A DNA stretch of 32,000 nt from an uncultured Clostridia bacterium (GCA_944384415.1 CALWTF010000014.1:1741-33740), one strand, 5' to 3'. Shown: positions 19,080-27,993, counted from the stretch's first letter. A program made the numbers and translations. The notes: generated by a model not told the origin, from the letters alone.

Positions 19080-20948
19080 TTAATTATTATTTCTTTCGAA
19101 TTTTTTTATGTAAATTGTTAATATATTAATATCAGCTGGAGATACTCCACTTATTCTGCTTGCTTGCCCTAAATTAAATGGTTTTATATCATTAAGTTTT
19201 TGTTGAGCTTCTAGTCTTAATCCGGATAGTTTTGAATAATCTAAATTTTCTGGAATTTTTATTTTCTCATTAATTAATGCACGATTAACTTGTTCTTCTT
19301 CTATTGCTATATAGCCTTCATATTTAGTAATTGTGTTTAATTGTTCTAATGTTCCACGTGGAACATTTTTAAATATATTTAATACTTCATTCATTTTAAA
19401 AATATCTATACCAGGTCGTTTTAATAATGTTTTAATTTGAATTCCTGTTTTTATAGGTTGTTCATTATTATCTATTAGTAATTTATTTATAACATCACTT
19501 GGACTTATTGTTTTATTTAATTCACTTAAATAATAATCAAGTTCATTTTTGTACTTTTTAAATTTATTAAATTGAGTTTTTGTTACTAGTCCTACATTAT
19601 ATCCAATTTCTGTTAATCGTTGGTCTGCATTATCTTGTCTTAATCTTAATCTAAATTCTGCACGCGATGTCATCATACGATATGGTTCGTTAGTACCTTT
19701 TGTTACTAAATCATCAATTAAAACGCCTATATAAGATTGATAGCGCTGTAAAATTAATTGTTCTTTCTTTTCTAATTTTAGCGCGGCATTTATTCCCGCG
19801 ATAATTCCCTGCGCTGCTGCTTCTTCGTAACCACTAGTTCCATTTATTTGCCCGGCGCAATACAATCCATCAATAAGTTTTGTTTCTAAAGTTGGTTTTA
19901 GTTGAGTAGGATTTAAACAATCATATTCAATTGCATATGCTGGACGCATCAACCAAGCATTTTCCAAACCTTTTATTGTATGCAAATAATTATTTTGCAC
20001 TTCAAATGACATACTTGTGCTTAAGCCTTGAACATAAATTTCTTTTGTTGATAAAGATTCAGGCTCTAAGAAAAATTGATGCCTGTCTTTATCGGCAAAT
20101 CTTACAATTTTTGTTTCTATTGAAGGACAATATCTTGGACCAGTTCCTTTTATTACCCCTGAATACATTGGGCTTTGTTCAAGATTTTCTTTTATAACTT
20201 TATGTGTATTTAAGTTTGTGTATCCTAAATAACATTTTGCTAAATTTTTTGGTTTTGTTCTTGTGCGCTTAGAAAAATATGGTAAATTTTCCTCTCCATT
20301 ATGCTCTTCAAATTGAGTTAAATCTATGGTGGTTTTATCTATTCTCATTGGAGTGCCTGTTTTAAATCGTAAAATTTCAAAACCAAGCTCTTTTAAATTA
20401 TCGGATAAATATTTTGCGTTTAAAAAGCCGTTTGGGCCGCTTTCTTGTATGTATTCACCTATAATTATTCTACTTTTTAAGTAAACACCAGTACAAATAA
20501 TAACAGATAAACAGTTATATATTTCACCTAAATTTGTTTTTACACCTACTACTTTTTTATCTTTTGTTAAAATTTCGGTTACTTCTGCTTGTAAAATGTG
20601 TAAATTTTTTTGATTTTCTAATACTTTTTTTGCATATTCATGATATTTATTTTTATCAACTTGTGCACGAACTGATTGTATTGCTGGACCTTTGTTTGGA
20701 TTTAACATTCTTCGTTGGATTGTTGCCTTATCGGCTAGTTTTCCCATTTCACCGCCTAAGGCATCAATTTCGAAAACTAATTGACTTTTTCCTGTTCCAC
20801 CAATAGATGGATTACAAGGTAAAAAACCAATGCTATCTAAATTTAAAGTTATTAAAAGTGTTTTATGTCCTTTTCTTGCACTTGCTAAACACGCTTCTAT
20901 ACCAGCGTGACCGCTTCCTATTACAATAATTTCAAAATTCTTTTCCAT
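19080..20948 (-). CDS. mnmG: tRNA uridine 5-carboxymethylaminomethyl modification enzyme MnmG (GidA)
   Basis: 622 aa. FAD motif [12 protein letters not shown]. Also [28 protein letters not shown] and [14 protein letters not shown]. Confidence 0.96.
   Translation of the reverse strand: MEKNFEIIVIGSGHAGIEACLASARKGHKTLLITLNLDSIGFLPCNPSIGGTGKSQLVFEIDALGGEMGKLADKATIQRRMLNPNKGPAIQSVRAQVDKNKYHEYAKKVLENQKNLHILQAEVTEILTKDKKVVGVKTNLGEIYNCLSVIICTGVYLKSRIIIGEYIQESGPNGFLNAKYLSDNLKELGFEILRFKTGTPMRIDKTTIDLTQFEEHNGEENLPYFSKRTRTKPKNLAKCYLGYTNLNTHKVIKENLEQSPMYSGVIKGTGPRYCPSIETKIVRFADKDRHQFFLEPESLSTKEIYVQGLSTSMSFEVQNNYLHTIKGLENAWLMRPAYAIEYDCLNPTQLKPTLETKLIDGLYCAGQINGTSGYEEAAAQGIIAGINAALKLEKKEQLILQRYQSYIGVLIDDLVTKGTNEPYRMMTSRAEFRLRLRQDNADQRLTEIGYNVGLVTKTQFNKFKKYKNELDYYLSELNKTISPSDVINKLLIDNNEQPIKTGIQIKTLLKRPGIDIFKMNEVLNIFKNVPRGTLEQLNTITKYEGYIAIEEEQVNRALINEKIKIPENLDYSKLSGLRLEAQQKLNDIKPFNLGQASRISGVSPADINILTIYIKKFERNNN
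19349..19366. promoter_or_regulatory. parS site 5 (inside the mnmG coding sequence, encoding NVPRGT)
   Basis: Identical 18-mer ATGTTCCACGTGGAACAT. Confidence 0.85.
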
Positions 20949-20952
20949 ATAT

Positions 20953-22299
20953 TTATTTCCCTAAACAAAATTTTGAGAATATAGTGTTAATTATAGCTTC
21001 CGATGAAGTTGTGCCAGTTATTTGTCCAATCATATCCCATGCTTGCCTAATTAAAACTGAAATACAATCTAGTGTGGTTTTTCCAATTAATTCTTGTGCT
21101 TGTTTTAAATTATCAACAGCTTTTTTTAACCATTCGTGTTGTCTGGCATTTGTTATAATCTGTTGATTAGGTAAAGTTGATTTATCTACTGTTTTATTAA
21201 AAATTAACTCTTTTAATTGGTTTATATTTATATTTTCTTTTGCACTAATACAGATGTCAAATTGTTTTGGTGTATCATTTATTAAATCAATTTTATTTAG
21301 AACAAAAACAAAATTTTGAGGGATAGAAGCAGAAAAAACTATATTTTCTGCTGTTTTTTTGGCACTTTCTATTGTTTTTTTTGCATCGTCGCTAATATAT
21401 AAAACTATATCACTTTCATTTAAACTTTGTATTGAACGATTAATACCTTCTTGTTCAACCACATCATTACTTTTTCTTATACCTGCGGTATCAATAAGAT
21501 TAAATCTTACCCCTTTATACTCATAGCTTTCACAAATTGTATCTCGGGTTGTTCCTGGTATATTTGTTACTATTGCTCTGTTATAACCTAACATTGCATT
21601 TAACAAAGAACTTTTACCAACATTTGGTTCTCCGAACAAGGCAACATTAACTCCATTTTTTATAATTCTACCAACCGAATTTGAATTTGATAAATCTTCA
21701 ATTTCGTTTATTAATTCAGGTAAATTTTTAAAAATTTGTTGTTCTGTTTCAACATCTTCGTGTTCTGGATGGTCAAGAGCAACTTCAATTGACGCAATTA
21801 AATTTGTTAACTTTTCTTGAAAAGCTTCTAATTGTTTTTTTAAGGTTCCACGAGCTTGTGAGCTGGCTACCTTCATTTCTGATATGCTTTGTGCATTAAT
21901 CATATCAATTAAAGCCTCTGCTTGGGTGATATCCATTTTTCCGTTCATAACTGCTCGTTTTGAAAATTCGCCTGGTTCCGCCATTGTTGCTCCAGCATTT
22001 AATAACTCTTGCAATGTTTGGTTTAAAAGATAAACGCCACCGTGCATTTGTAATTCAACAACATCTTCTCCTGTAAAACTGTTTGGTGCTTTAAAATAAA
22101 CACATAAACAATCATCAGTCCATTCGTTAGCTTGAATTCTTCCAAAAATCATTTTTCGTGGTGTGAATTTTTCATTGATGTTAAATGGTTTAAAAATCTT
22201 TTTTGTTATTTCTAAAGAATTTTTACCACTTAATCGTATAATGCCAACACCAGCTGTTCCAATAGGGGTGGCAATTGCTGTTATAGTTTTATTTTCCAT
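20953..22299 (-). CDS. mnmE: tRNA modification GTPase MnmE (TrmE/ThdF)
   Basis: 448 aa. N-terminus [15 protein letters not shown]1 motif [13 protein letters not shown]. Also TNIPGTTRD and DTAG. C-terminal FCLGK. Confidence 0.95.
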   Translation of the reverse strand: MENKTITAIATPIGTAGVGIIRLSGKNSLEITKKIFKPFNINEKFTPRKMIFGRIQANEWTDDCLCVYFKAPNSFTGEDVVELQMHGGVYLLNQTLQELLNAGATMAEPGEFSKRAVMNGKMDITQAEALIDMINAQSISEMKVASSQARGTLKKQLEAFQEKLTNLIASIEVALDHPEHEDVETEQQIFKNLPELINEIEDLSNSNSVGRIIKNGVNVALFGEPNVGKSSLLNAMLGYNRAIVTNIPGTTRDTICESYEYKGVRFNLIDTAGIRKSNDVVEQEGINRSIQSLNESDIVLYISDDAKKTIESAKKTAENIVFSASIPQNFVFVLNKIDLINDTPKQFDICISAKENININQLKELIFNKTVDKSTLPNQQIITNARQHEWLKKAVDNLKQAQELIGKTTLDCISVLIRQAWDMIGQITGTTSSEAIINTIFSKFCLGK

Positions 22300-22326
22300 T
22301 TTTCACCTTAAAATTAAATAATGTTA

Positions 22327-22355
22327 ATTATATCATACATTTTTGCTTTTTTCAA
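22327..22355 (-). promoter_or_regulatory. Candidate promoter for the mnmE operon
   Basis: On the minus strand: TTGAAA (22355-22350), a 17-nt spacer, then TATAAT (22332-22327). About 25 nt upstream of the AAGGTGA SD and the ATG at 22299. Confidence 0.65.
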
Positions 22356-22398
22356 TATATCAAAGAATATTAACAATTAAATTAAATTTTAATAAAAA

Positions 22399-22433
22399 AG
22401 TGGAAAAGTGGATAAAAATAAAATTTATCCACA
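22399..22433. promoter_or_regulatory. DnaA-box cluster between the divergent mnmE and membrane-protein promoters
   Basis: AGTGGAAAAGTGGATAA (22399-22415) is the exact reverse complement of the 17-mer at 9567-9583. A perfect consensus TTATCCACA lies at 22425-22433 on the plus strand. Confidence 0.7.
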
Positions 22434-22504
22434 GTTAAAATTTGTTTTTAAATGCAAAAATTGATTAAAAATATAAAATTATTTTAAAAAATTTTTTAAT
22501 ATAT

Positions 22505-22533
22505 TTGACACGAATTTAATTACATTTTATAAT
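22505..22533 (+). promoter_or_regulatory. Consensus sigma-70 promoter of the membrane-protein/PII operon
   Basis: TTGACA (22505-22510), a 17-nt spacer, then TATAAT (22528-22533). Confidence 0.8.
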
Positions 22534-22555
22534 GAATTTGAAGGAGTGGGTGGGA

Positions 22556-24061
22556 ATGAAAAATATATTGTTAAACAAGTTTAAAGAATCGTTTATTTCA
22601 GTTCTTCCCATCACTATTTTAGTTGTTCTTTTAGGGTTTACAATTGCACCATTAGAATATGGTTTAATTGTTCAATTTTTAATATCGTGCATTTTTGTTT
22701 TGGTTGGTATGTCATTATTTAGCTTGGGTGCTGATACTGCAATGATTCCAATAGGGCAAAATATGGGTTCATATTTAAGTAAGAATGGTAAATTGTGGAT
22801 TACTTTGATTTGTTCTTTTGTGTTAGGTGTTTTGGTAACAGTTGCTGAACCTGATTTAACAGTGTTAGCTGGATATGTTCCTATTGATAAAACTCTTTTT
22901 ATTTTATTTGTTTCAGTTGGTGTTGGTTTGTTTTTAATGGTTGGGGTATTTCGTGTTTTGTTTAAAATTAAGCTTAACATCATTTTGGCTATAAGTTATT
23001 TTTTAATTTTTGTTTTAGTTTGTTTTTTATCTAATAGCATTGTTCCACTTTCTTTTGATGCGGGAAGTGTAACAACTGGGGCAATTTCTGTTCCTTTTAT
23101 TATGGCTTTTGGTTTAGGATTGAGTGCTGTTCGTGGAAGTGATAACGAAGATAGTGGTTTTGGAATGATTGCTCTTTCAAGTATAGGTCCAATTTTGGTT
23201 GTTATGCTATTATTGTTTTTAAGCGGAGTAAGCGATGCAAGTGTTGTTTCTGAAACTGTTACTTCATCTACAAATAATTTTGGTTTAATTATTATGTCTT
23301 TTTTAAATATTATGCCTGAAACATTTTTAGAAGTTGCAATAATAATTGTTCCAATAGGTTTATTTTTTGGATTATTTCAAATATTTGCTTTAAAACTTCC
23401 TAAGCAACAAATAATAAAAATTTTGTTTGGTTTGTTGTGGACATTTTTAGGAATTAGCATTTTTTTGGTTGGAGTTACCGTAGGTTTTTTACCTGTAGGA
23501 ACAGTTATAGGAACAATTTTAGCTAAAACACCTTGGTTATTTATTCTTGTTTGTGTTGTTTTGGGATTTGTTATGATGGCTGTTGAACCTGCTGTTCAAG
23601 TTTTAAATAAACAAATAGAAGAAATTACAAATGGAACTATTAAAAGTTCGGTAATGTTTTTATGTATAGCTTTTGGTGTAGCTGTTGCATTAGGATTATG
23701 TGCTGTTAGAATTGTAACAGGAATTTCTATATTGTGGATACTTATACCTATGTATGTAGTATCAATTATTTTATGTTTTATTACCCCAAAAATTTTTACT
23801 GGTATTGCATTTGACTCGGGGGGAGTTGCCACTGGGGCAATGTCTTCTACTTTTGCTTTTCCTTTAATTATGGGGGCTTGTCAAACAGTGGGGGCAAATC
23901 CATTAACACAAGCATTTGGTTGTTTAGGTGTTATTGCAGCTGCACCTATAGTAACAATTTTAATTTTAGGATTTATTTATAAACTTTCAACAAATAAAAC
24001 TGCTAAAGAATTGGCTAAACAAGATGTTTCTAAACGAGTTGAAATTTTGGAATTTGATTAA
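22556..24061 (+). CDS. Polytopic membrane protein with internal two-fold duplication (DUF1538-like, putative transporter)
   Basis: The ORF track starts at 22532, but that ATG lies inside the -10 box. The start was moved to the ATG at 22556 (MKNILLNKF), which has a GGAG SD. About 12 hydrophobic segments. Repeat blocks VAEPDLTVLAG...FDAGSVTTGAISVPFIMAFGLG and AVEPAVQVLNK...FDSGGVATGAMSSTFAFPLIMG. The DUF1538 assignment is from memory of that family's motifs and its PII neighbourhood. Confidence 0.75.
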   Translation: MKNILLNKFKESFISVLPITILVVLLGFTIAPLEYGLIVQFLISCIFVLVGMSLFSLGADTAMIPIGQNMGSYLSKNGKLWITLICSFVLGVLVTVAEPDLTVLAGYVPIDKTLFILFVSVGVGLFLMVGVFRVLFKIKLNIILAISYFLIFVLVCFLSNSIVPLSFDAGSVTTGAISVPFIMAFGLGLSAVRGSDNEDSGFGMIALSSIGPILVVMLLLFLSGVSDASVVSETVTSSTNNFGLIIMSFLNIMPETFLEVAIIIVPIGLFFGLFQIFALKLPKQQIIKILFGLLWTFLGISIFLVGVTVGFLPVGTVIGTILAKTPWLFILVCVVLGFVMMAVEPAVQVLNKQIEEITNGTIKSSVMFLCIAFGVAVALGLCAVRIVTGISILWILIPMYVVSIILCFITPKIFTGIAFDSGGVATGAMSSTFAFPLIMGACQTVGANPLTQAFGCLGVIAAAPIVTILILGFIYKLSTNKTAKELAKQDVSKRVEILEFD

Positions 24062-24078
24062 ATTAAAAGGATTAAATT

Positions 24079-24468
24079 ATGGCTGATAAAAAAAAGTTTC
24101 CACTGTTTTTAGTGGCTTGCATTGTTCCGCAAAATAAAGCAGATAATGCAACTGAAATTATGACAAATTTAGGTGTAACATTTCAAATTGCAACATTAGC
24201 AGAGAACAAGCAAGTATCAGGAATTTCTGATTTATTAGGAATGGTTGATGATAGAACAAGTTTTGTTGCGGGGGTTTGTGTTGAAGAACAATCTCACAAT
24301 GTTATTAAAGCTCTTTGTCGTAATTTAGAATTATATAAGGGTAATAATGGAATTGCTTTTTCGGTACCAATAAATGCCATAAGCAGAGAAGATTTAAACA
24401 ATGTAAAAAAAGGTAATAAAGAAATTAAGGGAGAAAATAATGAAACTAATATTAAAGCAAAAATTTAG
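24079..24468 (+). CDS. Divergent PII-like protein (129 aa)
   Basis: Size, position and beta-alpha-beta-like pattern (LFLVACIVPQNKADNATEIMTNLGV...GIAFSVPI). The T-loop region is degenerate. Overlaps the next gene by 29 nt. Confidence 0.5.
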   Translation: MADKKKFPLFLVACIVPQNKADNATEIMTNLGVTFQIATLAENKQVSGISDLLGMVDDRTSFVAGVCVEEQSHNVIKALCRNLELYKGNNGIAFSVPINAISREDLNNVKKGNKEIKGENNETNIKAKI

Positions 24469-24907
24469 TTTAATTATAACTGTTGTTGACAATGGATTTA
24501 GTGAAACAGTTGTTAATGCAAGCCGTGAAAATGGTGCTGAAGGTGCAACAATTATAAAGGCTAGGGGAACAGGTGTTCACGAAACAGATAGTGTTTTGGG
24601 TGTAGTTATTCAACCAGAAAAAGAGGTTGTTTTAACTCTTATTAAAAAGCAAGATAGAAAAAGAGTTATGAGTGCTATTGTAAAAGCAAACAAATTAAAT
24701 CAACAAGGGCAAGGCATTTGTTTTTCATTACCACTTGAAGAAGTGGCGGGTGTTGCGCATTTATTTCAATTGTTGAAACCACAAAAGAAAAAATTAACAA
24801 AAAATAAAAATAAAAAAACAAACAATTCTAACAAAGAAAACAAAATAGAAGAACAACAAAAAGTTGAAAATAAAGAACAAGAAAATAAAAATGAAAATAC
24901 AAATTAA
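24440..24907 (+). CDS. PII-family signal-transduction-like protein with a K/N/E-rich C-terminal tail (155 aa)
   Basis: LIITVVDNGFSETVVNASRENGAEGATIIKARGTG...EKEVVLTLIKKQDRKRVMSAIV...GQGICFSLPLEEV matches the PII-like fold pattern. GGGAG SD 7 nt upstream. Confidence 0.65.
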   Translation: MKLILKQKFSLIITVVDNGFSETVVNASRENGAEGATIIKARGTGVHETDSVLGVVIQPEKEVVLTLIKKQDRKRVMSAIVKANKLNQQGQGICFSLPLEEVAGVAHLFQLLKPQKKKLTKNKNKKTNNSNKENKIEEQQKVENKEQENKNENTN

Positions 24908-24948
24908 AAACAGAAATTGTTTTATTATTTTTTAAAACTTAAATAAAA

Positions 24949-24985
24949 AAGGAGCTTTACATTTGTATAAAGTTCCTTTTGTTTT
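24949..24985 (+). terminator. Intrinsic terminator after the PII operon
   Basis: AAGGAGCTTTA (24949-24959) pairs with TAAAGTTCCTT (24968-24978) with one G-U pair, then TTGTTTT. Confidence 0.7.
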
Positions 24986-25008
24986 ACTGTTTTAAAACAG
25001 GTTTAACC

Positions 25009-26421
25009 TTACTTTTTGTTTTTTTGTTTTAAAACTTTTTTGCTAAATATAATATCATTTTTTTTATTTGAATTTCTAACTTCTTTTAACTCGTTAGCTT
25101 TTTTTTGTTTTGTTGTTTGCGTTTTTATTTTAGATTTATGAACATTGCGTAATGTTTTTGTTTTAATTCCTAATTTGTTTCCTTTTTTGGTTTTTATCAA
25201 ATATTTATCTAAATTGTTATTTGGATTTCTGATTTCCCGTTTTTTGGTGTTTAATTTTTTACCTCGTTTTTTAAAGTTGTTATTTTCTTTTATTGTTGTA
25301 ACACCATCTAAGTTTAATTTTGAAAGTTTTATTATACTGTTGGTTTTTCTTTCAATTTCTTTTAATTTTTTTGCCTGTTCTTGACTGTTTAAAATAGTCC
25401 AAGCATAACCTTTTTTACCAGCTCTTCCTGTTCTTCCAATTCTATGTATATACCATTCTAAATTTTGTGGTAAATCATAGTTTATTACATTTAAAATATC
25501 ATTAACATCAATGCCTCGTGCCGAAACATCAGTTGTAACTAAAATGTCTATTTCACCATTTTTATAAGATTTCATAATTCGTGAACGCTGACTTTGTGGC
25601 ATATCACCGTGAATAACAGCTAATGGATATCCTTGTTTTTCTAAATAACTTTGAACACCACCAACCATTGCTTTTGTGTTACAAAATATTATTGTAGTGC
25701 CTTTTTCAATTTCTTGTAAAAGTGAATGTAATGCTCGTTTCTTTTTATCTTTTGGAACAACAAAATATGTTTGCTCAATATTGCTTAGTGTTTGATTTAT
25801 TTGCCCTATTTTGAGTTCTACCGGAGAATTTAAAAAATTTTTTGCTAATTGCATAATTTCATTGTTCATTGTTGCACTAAACATAACTGTTTGTCGTTCA
25901 ATAGGTGTTTTTTTAATTATGGTTTCAATATCATTTCTAAAACCCATATTTAACATTTCATCAGCTTCATCAAGAATTAAAGTGCTAACACCACCAAGTT
26001 TTAAAGTGTGCCTTTTAATATGGTCAAGTACACGACCAGGTGTTCCAACAATAATGTTAGCACGGCGTTTCAAATTATATATTTGATTTGTGATATCAGC
26101 ACCACCGTATAAAGCAACAGCTTTTATACCTTTAACATATTTTGATAAAATTTTAATTTCGCCTAATAATTGTTGACATAATTCTCTGGTAGGGCACAAA
26201 ATAATAGCTTGTACAAATTCATCATTTATATCAATTTTTTCAATTAAAGGAATTGCAAAAGCTAAAGTTTTTCCTGTTCCTGTTTGGCTTAATCCAATTA
26301 AATCTTTATTTTCTTTTAACAAAGGAATTGCTTTTTGTTGTATTTCTGTTGGTTGATTAATTTCTCTTTCTTTTAGAACTTTTAAAATATTTTCACTTAT
26401 ATTTAAGTTTGAAAAATTCAT
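25009..26421 (-). CDS. DEAD-box ATP-dependent RNA helicase (CshA-like) with a basic C-terminal tail
   Basis: Q motif F..L...PTEIQQKAIP. Motif I SQTGTGKT. Also PTRELC, LILDEADEML (DEAD), SAT and HRIGRTGRAG. The start is ambiguous. The ATG at 26421 gives the typical MNFSNLNIS N-terminus. The ORF-track TTG at 26442 lies only 2 nt after the AAGGAGAG SD. Confidence 0.9.
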   Translation of the reverse strand: MNFSNLNISENILKVLKEREINQPTEIQQKAIPLLKENKDLIGLSQTGTGKTLAFAIPLIEKIDINDEFVQAIILCPTRELCQQLLGEIKILSKYVKGIKAVALYGGADITNQIYNLKRRANIIVGTPGRVLDHIKRHTLKLGGVSTLILDEADEMLNMGFRNDIETIIKKTPIERQTVMFSATMNNEIMQLAKNFLNSPVELKIGQINQTLSNIEQTYFVVPKDKKKRALHSLLQEIEKGTTIIFCNTKAMVGGVQSYLEKQGYPLAVIHGDMPQSQRSRIMKSYKNGEIDILVTTDVSARGIDVNDILNVINYDLPQNLEWYIHRIGRTGRAGKKGYAWTILNSQEQAKKLKEIERKTNSIIKLSKLNLDGVTTIKENNNFKKRGKKLNTKKREIRNPNNNLDKYLIKTKKGNKLGIKTKTLRNVHKSKIKTQTTKQKKANELKEVRNSNKKNDIIFSKKVLKQKNKK

Positions 26422-26450
26422 AATATTTTTGTTGCTATGCAACTCTCCTT

Positions 26451-27821
26451 TTAATTTTTATATTGTTCAATTTTTGTATCTTTTGAAATATTTGCAGTTT
26501 TAGTTTCAATAATCCATTTATTAAGTTCATCAACACATTTTGGAACTTCGCTTTTACTTTCTGTTGAAAAGCTTAAAAATGTTATAACAGATTTAACGAA
26601 ATTATTTCGTGATTTTAAATAGTTGTTAATAAATTGTAAATTTGTTTTATTATTTTCAAAATTTTTATTTATAAATTCTTCATTTTTATTTATAAATTTT
26701 TGTGTTAAATTTGAAATTTCTTTTATAATTTTTTCTTGATTATTTTTTAATTGTTTTAAATCATCACATAAATTATTTTTTTGAGCGTAATTTATATAGT
26801 AAAAATTCAAATTATAATCTTCTTCAAGTTTATTAAAGTTGTTACAAAAATTTTGATAAAATTTTATAATATCTTTATTTTTTGTAATAGCAGTTTTACC
26901 AGAAAAATAAGCATTTTCAAGGTCGTTTTGACATAAACATTTTAACATTTGATATGCATTAACATAAGGTAAATAACTTGGTGTATTATATTCATTAATT
27001 AATGTAATACCAAATTTTTTTAAATTTTCTTTAAATTCAATTGAATTAATTAAATCGTATGTTATAGATTCGGTTATTGCTTCGTCAAGCATATTAGCTT
27101 GTTCAACATTGTTTAAATTAAGCATTTCATCATAACAACCTTTATCGTTAAGGTTGTAAATTTGTGTATATATTCCGCTGTGAGTAATTTCCATTTTTCC
27201 ATTATTTGCTAAATTTGAAGCATAAAAAATGTTAGGAATTTTTTGATTGTCTTTATTAAAAACATTAACTTCAACATTATGAAGTGTGTGAATTAATTCG
27301 TGAATAAAAGTTGCAATATATTTAGCATCTACCATTTTATTTTCAACTTTATCTTGTATGGGTAAAGGCTTAATATTATTTAAGTTAATTAAAATATTAG
27401 CATTTTCTTGTAGTATTGCTTGTTTGATTTTTTTATGATTTTCTAATTCTGATAAAATTTTATGTTTTAGTGTTTCTGTTTCATTTTTTGATGTAAATTC
27501 ATTAGTAGAAAAATTTTTAACCAAAGAATTTTTTTCAATAAAAATTTTAATACTGCTTGTATTAAAATCTTTGATATTTTTTATGTTTTTTATAGATGGA
27601 AAGAATGTTTCAGCTTTTGTATTTGCATCATATCCATATGAATATTTAACTTTTGCATTAAAAACTTTTTCAATATTTTCATAGTTTATAAAGTCGCCAT
27701 ATTTACTTAAAATTGTTTGTAAAATAGGTTCAAGATAAGGATAAAAATTCCCATAATTATGTTTAAGTTTTGAATTGGATAAGCTTTTTTTTAAAAGTTT
27801 TATTTCATTTTCTGTAACCAT
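26451..27821 (-). CDS. Uncharacterised zincin-like (HExxH) protein, paralog 3 (456 aa), immediately upstream of the helicase
   Basis: HELIH at aa 174-178 (nt 27288-27302, CAC GAA TTA ATT CAC). Downstream LDEAITESITYD and SYLPYVNAYQM align with blocks in the 541-aa and 429-aa ORFs. GAGG SD. No signal peptide or TM segment. Confidence 0.75.
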   Translation of the reverse strand: MVTENEIKLLKKSLSNSKLKHNYGNFYPYLEPILQTILSKYGDFINYENIEKVFNAKVKYSYGYDANTKAETFFPSIKNIKNIKDFNTSSIKIFIEKNSLVKNFSTNEFTSKNETETLKHKILSELENHKKIKQAILQENANILINLNNIKPLPIQDKVENKMVDAKYIATFIHELIHTLHNVEVNVFNKDNQKIPNIFYASNLANNGKMEITHSGIYTQIYNLNDKGCYDEMLNLNNVEQANMLDEAITESITYDLINSIEFKENLKKFGITLINEYNTPSYLPYVNAYQMLKCLCQNDLENAYFSGKTAITKNKDIIKFYQNFCNNFNKLEEDYNLNFYYINYAQKNNLCDDLKQLKNNQEKIIKEISNLTQKFINKNEEFINKNFENNKTNLQFINNYLKSRNNFVKSVITFLSFSTESKSEVPKCVDELNKWIIETKTANISKDTKIEQYKN

Positions 27822-27933
27822 TTGAACCTCACATCTACAAATTAATTATATCATATAAAAAAAATGTAATCAATAGTTTTTAAAAATAACAAATTTGAAA
27901 TTAAATATAAAAAATATATAACTAATTTGAAAC

Positions 27934-27962
27934 TTGACACTTTGATTTATAATTGGTAAAAT
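27934..27962 (+). promoter_or_regulatory. Promoter of the TM2-domain gene
   Basis: TTGACA (27934-27939), a 17-nt spacer, then TAAAAT (27957-27962). Confidence 0.7.
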
Positions 27963-27993
27963 TATAAAAGTAAATACTCGGTGGGGGTGTTTT

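Noticed and set aside
18046-19366. Five identical 18-bp palindromes, considered as a possible CRISPR array, MITE or terminal inverted repeats.
   Set aside because: The spacing is irregular (62-766 bp). One copy lies inside mnmG in frame. There are no cas or transposase genes. The sequence matches the parS consensus and lies next to parAB.
9567-22415. Idea that the inverted 17-mer DnaA double boxes mark the end points of a single inversion that would explain the scrambled synteny.
   Set aside because: Re-inverting 9584-22398 does not restore the canonical gene order, and 17 nt is too short to argue for homologous recombination. The repeats are better explained as functional DnaA sites.
22532-22555. 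ORF-track start codon at 22532 for the membrane protein. Analogous upstream starts are at 29187 (PH-domain gene) and 9449 (207-aa gene).
   Set aside because: The ATG at 22532 lies inside the TATAAT -10 box. In each case a downstream ATG has a well-spaced SD, and the upstream one has none.
27288-27311. HELIHTLH in paralog 3 resembles the HELIHxxH zinc motif of clostridial neurotoxins (M27).
   Set aside because: The match is confined to a short motif. The protein is far smaller, and no surrounding similarity is recognisable by eye. It is kept only as one family to test in a profile search.
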